From positions 620,001 through 684,000 of the forward strand of contig OX597840.1 in NCBI GenBank assembly GCA_951406725.2: a stretch of DNA of 64,000 bases, read 5' to 3'. The notes beneath the pieces are model-generated. The model was not told where the DNA came from and did not search any database. It was given only the letters and a program-made list of their open reading frames with translations. Each line of letters begins with the position of its first letter. Positions within the stretch are counted from its first letter, which is position 1. Origin of the DNA: Octopus vulgaris (lineage: Eukaryota). The translations under genes were made by a program, and so were the position numbers. Of this stretch, positions 54,578-64,000 are shown in pieces.

Positions 54578-54837
54578 AATAATAATAATAATAATTTCTT
54601 TGCACAATCTCTACAATGAAAACGCACAAAATAACAGCTTCCAAACCTGCTTTCTTACCGGAAAAAGACGATGAAATATTAAAGTTCTGTAACTCTTTTT
54701 TTAAATTTAGAAATTTCTGGAATAAGAGAATTAAGCCCTGAGATTCAGCGTGCAAAATTACATCAATACATCAAATTTGAAAAGTTTTACTTCATTTTAA
54801 AATTTCAAAAAGTTAAACCAAACAGAAAAGATTATGT

Positions 54838-55060
54838 TACGGCCATGCTGGGGCTCCATGTTGAAGAACATTTTAGCCGAATATATCTATCTACCCCAGT
54901 ACTTATTTTAATTTTTCCAAGTCTACTACTTATTGTGTAGGACTTTTGCTTAACCGCTAAGCATCGGCTGTCAAACCGTAGTGGGAGCAAACACAGACAC
55001 AAAGTTTACAGTTTCCGTCCACCTAATCCAATCACAAGGCTTTGGTCGGTCTACTATAAC
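54838..55060 (-). mobile_element. Diverged SINE family 1 fragment; another head fragment at ~46585-46717 (-)
   Basis: GGCCATGCTGGG..., CAAACACAGACACA and CAGTTTCCGTC...CACAAGGCTTTGGTCGG are reverse-complement landmarks of the family. Confidence 0.7.
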
Positions 55061-55323
55061 CATCATCATCATCATAATCATCATTATCATCATCATCGCC
55101 AACATCGTGATCATCGTCATTATCATCATTATTATCACCAATAACATCGTCATCAACATCATCCTCTTTATCATGATCATCATCATCGTCGTCATCATCA
55201 TCATCATCATCATCATTATTATCACCAACATCATCGTCATCGTCACCATCAACATCATCACCGTGACCATGATCATGATCATCATGAGGATGACGATCAT
55301 CATCGCCATCAGCGTCACCATCG

Positions 55324-55369
<46 letters not shown>

Positions 55370-55737
55370 TTTCATTAGTACTAATAGCCCAAATTCCTTC
55401 TATTCCAGTTAACATATATTCCTTATTTATTTTATTTATTTATTCCCATTTCTCTTCCATCCATCCTGTATATAGGTTTCGATTCTTACTCTCATGTATA
55501 TTCCGCCTTGAATTATTTCTTACCAAAAAATCTTGAATATTTGTTAAGTCTGGCACTATATTATAAGAACAATAATCTCTATGATGATGATAATAATGAT
55601 AGTGATGATGATGACAGTAATAATAATAATAATTATGGTAATAATAAGAAATCTAATAATGAGTATGACTTTGATAATATAGTAAATACCCCAAAATGGA
55701 TAATAATAATAATAATAATAATGATGATATTAATATT

Positions 55738-55781
<44 letters not shown>

Positions 55782-55789
55782 TAACGATG

Positions 55790-55887
<98 letters not shown>

Positions 55888-56002
55888 AATAATAAAAATA
55901 ATAATGATGACGATGATGATATTAGCATCTACGAAAACAACACCAAAAGAAACAATAGAAATAATAGTACTAATGATGTTAATATTAAATGTAATAATGA
56001 CG

Positions 56003-56037
<35 letters not shown>

Positions 56038-56084
56038 CATATCAGAGATTGTCATGATAGTATATATAATCAAAGCAAGGATAA

Positions 56085-56128
<44 letters not shown>

Positions 56129-56192
56129 ATAATAATAATAATGATGATGATGCTGATGATGATGATCATGACGACGATGTTGATGATGATGG

Positions 56193-56241
<49 letters not shown>

Positions 56242-56606
56242 GGTGATGATGGTGGTGGTGGTGATGATGATGACGATGATGATGATGATGACGACGACGA
56301 TGTTGATGATGATGGTGATGATTTGAGTGTTTGTGGTGCAACGACTAATAGATACGACAAACATACGAAAAAGAAGAAGAAAAAAAAGCAATATGAAAGA
56401 AGAAAAAAAAAAGAAACGAACGAATTATAGAATAAAGCGGAACTACAAACACCAATAAATAATAAATAAATAAATAAATAAATAATGAAGACAAACAACA
56501 AAAGAAATTGCACAAAAAAAATCTATGAAAAATTATGATGAATTATAGTTATAATTTCTCGTGACCGATTGATGAATAGATTTATGTATTCATATATATG
56601 TATGTA

Positions 56607-56677
<71 letters not shown>

Positions 56678-57099
56678 GTATATATGTGTGTATGTATATA
56701 TATATACATGTATAGATATATATATTTATATATATATATTTATATATATATATATTTATATATACACACATTTATATATATATATATATATATTGTGTGT
56801 GTGAGCATACATATATACACACATATATACATGCACATGTAAGACAATAGTTTACCCAAAGCGAAGTGTATTAACATATGTGTGTATTTGAACGTTTATA
56901 TACACACCGAAATGCAAACATACATACATCCATATGTATATTTATGTATATGTACATGTGTACATCACACACACACATATATGTATACATGCATATATAT
57001 ACTTACATTATATACATATATATATATACATTTATATACATATATTATATATATACATATATGTGTTTGTGTATATATATATATATCTATATATATATG

Positions 57100-57141
<42 letters not shown>

Positions 57142-58154
57142 GTGGATATACATACATACATAAATACATACATACATACATACATACATACATACATACA
57201 TACATACACACATACATTTACGTTGTCCCGTAAATAGAATCTCTTTGAAGAAGCAAAGTCCATCTCTGGCTGTGATTGAAGTCAAGTATCGGTCAAGAAA
57301 TATTACAAACTCTTCTATAATGCTTCACACTTTTCGCAATTTCATTTTTATATACTCTATTAGAAGTTGTTCGTCTTCATCGTAGTTTGTTATTTTTTGT
57401 GTTTTAGTGTTGGTGTTTACATTGTTCTTTGTTTTGTTGATAATGCGTTTGTGTGTGTTTTTGTTGTTTTTTCACCCTTATTAGTGTTTTCTGTTATATA
57501 TTTTGAATATAGTTGTTTTGTTTTGAGACGGATTTTTTTGTTTGCTTTTAGTGTCAAGATAACTTGTGGTTGTTGTTGTCGTTGTTGTTTTTGTTGTTGC
57601 TGTTGTTGTGGTTCTTCTTCTTCTTTTTCTTCCCCGTCTACTTCTTCCTTTTCTCTCTTTCTTCTTTTGTCTTCTGCTTCATCTTCTTCTTTTTTCTTTT
57701 TCTTCTTCCTTTTCTCTCCTTCTCCCCTTGTCTTCTCCTTCATTTTCTCCTTCTTTTTCTTTTTCTTTTTCTTCTTTTTCTTCTTCTTCTTCTTCTTCTT
57801 CTTTTTCTTCTTCTTCTTCTTCTTCTTCTTCTTCTTCTTCTTCTTCTTCTTCTTCTTCTTCTTCTTCTTTTTCTTTTTCTTCTTCTCCATGGTGGAAGTC
57901 CTCGTTGTCGTCGTCATCGTTCTCCTCAAAATTTCCCTCACTGTCCTCATGATTGTCGTCATCGTCGCCGTCGTCGACCGCTTTTCTCTCATCGCCATCA
58001 TAATCGTCGTCGTCTTCAAAATCATTCTCAGGCGCCTCCTCACCCTCACCATCATCATCGTCAACATCGCTGCCACGGTCGTCGCTCACTTTATGATGAT
58101 GACGATGATTTAATAGACTAACCTTCTCCTCGAAATTGCTGGCCTAGTGCCGAA

Positions 58155-58508
<354 letters not shown>

Positions 58509-58946
58509 TAATAATAATAGATATAAATACTTAGTGTTCATACGAGAAAAGCAAATTTCATTGAAAAGCAAATCTTACATATTGCTCGCTAAATCAACAA
58601 ACGTTTTTGCTATTAGAAAACAATTTCCATTATGATGAACGTTGCTGCTAAAATGGTGGAAAAAATATAAATACGGCATGCACAATTTTCTAAGTGATTA
58701 TGGCAAAACGATTTAAACAAGGGAAAGTGTAGAGTAAAATTTTCTTTCGCTAGTGTTGCTAAAATCAAAGAGGTTTTGGATATAAATGTCATACAGGAAA
58801 AAATTGAGGCATATTATATATGCACACATGTATACAAATAAATGTAGATATATGCGCATATACATATGTACATATATACATATACATATATATACATATA
58901 TATCTATATATCTATCTATATCTATCTATCTATCTATCTATCTATC

Positions 58947-59009
<63 letters not shown>

Positions 59010-59640
59010 ATAAACACCCTCACATACATATATATATACGTGTGTGTGCGAGTGTGATGTGTGTCAGTGTCTATATACATGTATATGTATATAGGTGTAT
59101 ACATGTGTGTGTATATATATAATATATATTTTAGAGCTAAAGTGGTCTGATGCTGCCGTCAACGTACATAAATGTATACATGCATACGGACAGCAACTGT
59201 AAACGAAGTCGGCAGTCATGATATCCATATACCGTCGACGGTTTCGGCTTTCACACCGAAACCTCTCTTTAGTAGGGTCGGCAGAGCTCCCCAGTTTCCG
59301 GACAAGATCAAGAGCAGTATATATATATGAGACCAAAGTGCACGTACGCCACTATATATATATATATATACACAGAAAATGGGACAAGAACGCAAAACGT
59401 CCAGAGAGACGATACAAAGAAAACAAGGATGAGTCATTCGAAGTTCTCTTTCCTCAGTCAAGCACCAGATTATCCTCGCAATTTCGGTTGATTATATACA
59501 TACATATACATACATACAAAACGTATATAAAAACATTTAATATGTTATTCTCCTTACGCTTATTTCGATATAGACATGTACATATCCATGTTAATGTCTT
59601 CCTCTGTGAATGTGTGTATATATATTCGCGTGTGAGTGTA

Positions 59641-59715
<75 letters not shown>

Positions 59716-60045
59716 ATATATATATATATATTTGTGTATGTATTTGTATATATATTTGTGTGTGTATGTATGTGTGTGTATATGTTTATATGTAAATAGT
59801 CATATATACATGCTTGTTTTTATGCGAATATATAGAAACTCTCTCTCTCTCTCTGTATATAATCATATATACACATGCAACATACACACATACATGCATA
59901 TATCTCTATATCAACATATTCTATACTATCTGTACATACATATTCATACGCAAGCAGATGTGAACACAAGGACACAGACACACATAGAAACACACACATA
60001 CAAATACATACACACACACACACACACACACATACACACACATAT

Positions 60046-60097
<52 letters not shown>

Positions 60098-60706
60098 ATG
60101 TGTGTGCGTATGTGTGCGTGTCTTAGTGTCTATATACATGTACAATATCATTGCCACCAGTGCAGCAAAAATGAGAATTGTTGTGAAAGAAACTGAAAAC
60201 AATGAACAAATGTAAAAAACGCTGAGGCTATAAGTTGCTATACAATCGTCGCAATATAACAGTAACACACATACATATATGCATAAACACACACATAATA
60301 CATAAACACAGGCACATACGTAAATATATATGAGCATACACACGCAGAAACACGTGTATCTGCATATTTACGTATGCAATTATACACAATTACATACAGA
60401 TAACACACGCACACACACATACACACAGACACACACACACACACATTTATATATGAGTCTAACTTCACATGTATGGGTTTTACGTATTGTAGTCTGAAGA
60501 CAGTAACATTTAATCTTGTTTTAGTTTATTCGGTACGCCATTGAATATTTTCTGCTGTATACACAGCGCAGGAAGCGCGCACACACATATGCAAGCGCAG
60601 GTGTATATGTAGACATTTAACTATACCTACATATATATGTATACCCACACACACAAACACACACATACGCACATATTTCTCTCTCCCACTATCTCACTCT
60701 CTGTAC

Positions 60707-60739
<33 letters not shown>

Positions 60740-61031
60740 CATATATAATAATAATAATTATTTGAGGGAATATGAATCCAAACTTACAGGGAAAAAATTT
60801 CAATTTAGAAATACTAAATCAAATTTCATACTATATAATATATATATATATATATAAAATTAGAAAAAAAAAACACCTTTTATCAATTCAAAATGAACAA
60901 TTAAATTACACCATCTACAAAATTACATATAGTAGAAGTATTAACATTTAAATAATAAAATATCAATGATTAAGTAAATTGCCAAAAAATAATAAAAAAC
61001 GTATATAATTGGTAGAATAACGACATATATA

Positions 61032-61137
<106 letters not shown>

Positions 61138-61141
61138 TATA

Positions 61142-63688
61142 CTAGCGGGAAGCACCCGGCGTTGCCCACGAATGGAATTCTTCCTTATATATTGGAAAAA
61201 AAAAAACTAAATATATTGAATAAAAATTTGCTATTTTAAATTCAATTATTTTCTTCAATTGGGATACAATTTTTTTCTGCAATTGGGATATCAATTCTGA
61301 ATTCATAATACAGATAAAAAATGATAATAATAATATTAATTTAAAAAAAATTAAGGGAGCTAAATTCTATTACATATGTTGAAGGAAATTACGTAAGATC
61401 TTCTGGGTAAGCAACACTGTTTTCTGGTTTGGAACATAGACATATAAGTCTTGCAAACTACTAACACTGGCGCAATCGACATAAATTTGAACATGAGGAA
61501 AGCATGGATCAATTAAATGCAAGCCAGTAGATTTCAAAATCTGACCTTGAGCTTTATTAATAGATATTGGAAAGCAAAGTCGCACTGGGAGTTATGTTCG
61601 TTTGAACCCAAATGGCTTCTCTCTTGGTTTGACTGGAATTCTTGGAACGAAAACCTCTTCCCCAGATGCACACCCAGTGATGGTTGTAGCTTCTATCACA
61701 TTAGATGATAATGTCTTCACGGTCAACCTTGAACCTTGGCATAATTTAAGCGGATCGAACTTTCTTACAAGTATTATTAGGTCTCCTACGTTCAGACAAA
61801 GTTTATGTGGAGGAGTTACGTGTGGCTTAAGGGAATTAAGGAATGCTGTTGTGTAATGGACAGCTTGATTTTCACCAAGGACTGAATCAACTGATTTATA
61901 CTCCATAATGACTGTTGGAATCTTATTCATTAATTGATGGTTAATCATTGCGACTATCTCATTTTTTAGAGCGAGAATTGCCCTTTCACACAACAATTCA
62001 TGTCAATTATAATCATTATATAACTCTGGAAATACCCTGTTCTTCAGTTCAGCTGGGGAATTCACCACGATGGTAATATGAGCTAAACTGATATCACCAT
62101 TCCCATCAAATGGTACTTTCCCATTTCCAAATTGGAGGATCCAGGTGGAAAACATTTCTGCACATTGGTACCCATGTAATAAAGCTCGCACTTTAGTATA
62201 AATGAGAATTTCTGTACCTTATACCAAAGGTGTGAAAACTTAATGCATGCTTTCATCTCATCAGGACTTGTTCATCTCGGAATGACTGGTAATATCTGTC
62301 TGAAGTCTACTAATAAAACTAATGTAATTCCTCCCATTTGTAACAATGATTTATGATTGCCTCTTATGTCCTGTAAGGTCTTCTCAAGAGCTTCCGTTGC
62401 ACCTCTATGTGACATGTTGTATTTATCTGAAATGATCAGGTGGCATTAGCGCAACACTTCTGCTGAACCTGAACATTTGCTTATGTTACAAATTGGACTG
62501 TCATTTGTGATTAGCTTTAGTGATAATTTAAAAGCAAATTGAGCTGTTCGTCCTCCTGAGAGAATGGTGGCAGCAATGCCTGACGATGCTACACCAACTG
62601 CAATTCACTTTTGTTGCTTTACCTTGGAGAGAAGCAATGTTACAAATGTTTTACCTGTGCCACCAGGAACATCAAAAAAGAAAATACCTCCACTTTTTTC
62701 TCTGACTGACAAAATAATCTTATTATGTGCAAACGTTGTTCTGGAAGAAGTTTAGGTTCATGTTCATTCACAAATGCAGCCAACTCTGTGATGTCATAAT
62801 TTGTCTCTCTTGCTATGTCTCTTGAAATTAAATCACTAATTTGGAGGTTCGTTTTTGACAGTCTAGAGCCAGACTCTTCCAAATTTTTCCCTCTCATGGA
62901 CAAAACTTGATCCTCAGTTTCACTCAGTGCTTGGTTAAAAATTGTTTCAGAGAACTGAATATTGATATCTGGGTTTGCCTGTTGCACTGTATACTTTAAG
63001 TCCTCAGCCAAGTCCTCACGATGTTTCGTCCAAAGCTGTAGGAGACTGCAAAGTTGACACATGTTCAGTATAATTACTAAAAGGTGACGGGGTTTCCTTG
63101 GAGAATCTGATACTGATGTTTCAGTCAATGCAAAGTTCCAATGCTCATCATTCTCTAAAAAACTTTGTTGATAGCCTGCTTCCCTATAAGTTCCACACAA
63201 ATGACAATTTACCCTCCTCGAATCTTGGAATGATTTGGGACCTCGTTCTTCATGCAAAAGGAGACGTAAGTACTAGCACTCTGGTTGGCTTGGCGGGTCA
63301 CTGTAAACTCTTGAAAGAGCGCCAGCCCTTTTACTCCTGTGCTATTCATTGTTTCTCCAGGTGTAATTCTTGGGAAATTGTGGGTTAAGGAGTTTTCTTG
63401 CATCTTCATCTACTTGACACAATTCTTAAAAAAGGCAGTAAGGGTAGTTTCTTTTGAAGAAAGCGCTTGTTGCAAGGTTGTTTGTTTTGCAAAGGTAACC
63501 CTGTGGCCAATCTCTAGATGGACACTCAGATGAATGATGGCTGGGTGCCTCTCATCAATGGGAAAATTGAAAATGCGTCAAAAAGCGTCATTGGTACTGA
63601 TGTATCTTCCTCTGTCATACTGTGCATCTTCGTCATTTTTATTTACCTTCTGACTGCCATTCTGCATAAGAGTGTATGTTGCAGCATC
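61142..63688 (-). mobile_element. 5'-truncated, decayed Helitron (post-Rep linker + PIF1-family helicase) with 3' terminus
   Basis: GRYISTNDAF*RIFNFPIDERHPAIIHLSVHLE; RGPKSFQD; Walker A FFLDVPGGTGKTF; ASSGIAATILSGGRTA; DFRQILPV; ERAILALKNE; PPHKL; LCQGSRL; PRIP; RLCFPISINKAQGQ. The 3' end GGGCAACGCCGGGTGCTTCCCG-CTAG|T runs into (TA)n. Many stops and frameshifts. Confidence 0.92.
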
Positions 63689-63883
63689 TAAACTTTTGTT
63701 AGAGTTTTAACAGAGTTAACAGAGTTGCAGAATTCTACCTTGAAAATTAAAATGGCGATTAAATGAAAAAATGTGTTAGGCGAATATATCACAAGAGTGA
63801 TTGAAATAAATGGCGATTGTGGAACGCCGCACGCACGCACACACATACATGCAGTATCACAGGTCAGAGGAAATGGACATGTT

Positions 63884-63920
<37 letters not shown>

Positions 63921-64000
63921 CAGAGAGAGAGAAAGAGAAAGAAAGAGAAAGCGAGTGAAGATATGTGTTGTCATATATACGTACATACATAAATATATAT

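Noticed and set aside
61370-63410. Host PIF1 helicase gene
   Set aside because: Intronless and full of stops and frameshifts, with Helitron-specific linker motifs and a CTAG terminus.

Overview
Eukaryotic, AT-rich, repeat-saturated non-genic DNA with no recognisable host gene. It is dominated by (TA)n, (TATC)n, (CA)n, (GA)n, (TAA)n and (CAT)n microsatellites and by three tRNA-derived SINE families. This landscape strongly suggests an octopus genome (inference, not verified). Almost all ORF-track entries are microsatellite artefacts. The real coding remnants are all transposon-derived: a near-intact, apparently full-length R4/Dong-type non-LTR retrotransposon (RT plus restriction-like endonuclease, ~49.67-53.83 kb, minus strand, only two lesions) inside a (TAA)n array; a second Dong 3' fragment in another (TAA)n array; a decayed Helitron Rep/PIF1-helicase with its 3' CTAG end; mariner and DD37D transposase remnants; and CR1, RTE and Penelope GIY-YIG fragments. 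Several MITE-like inverted-repeat elements are also present. The most notable observations are (i) a 12 x 103-bp minisatellite with (ABC)2(DEF)2 higher-order structure grown inside an RTE coding remnant, (ii) a dispersed set of minimal type I hammerhead-ribozyme-like motifs in Penelope/retrozyme-like modules, two of them nested in SINE (TA)n tracts, (iii) orientation-consistent TAA targeting by Dong and a TAA-associated MITE, and (iv) a tandem CTCF-like motif cluster. Coordinates were read by eye, and boundaries of decayed elements are approximate.
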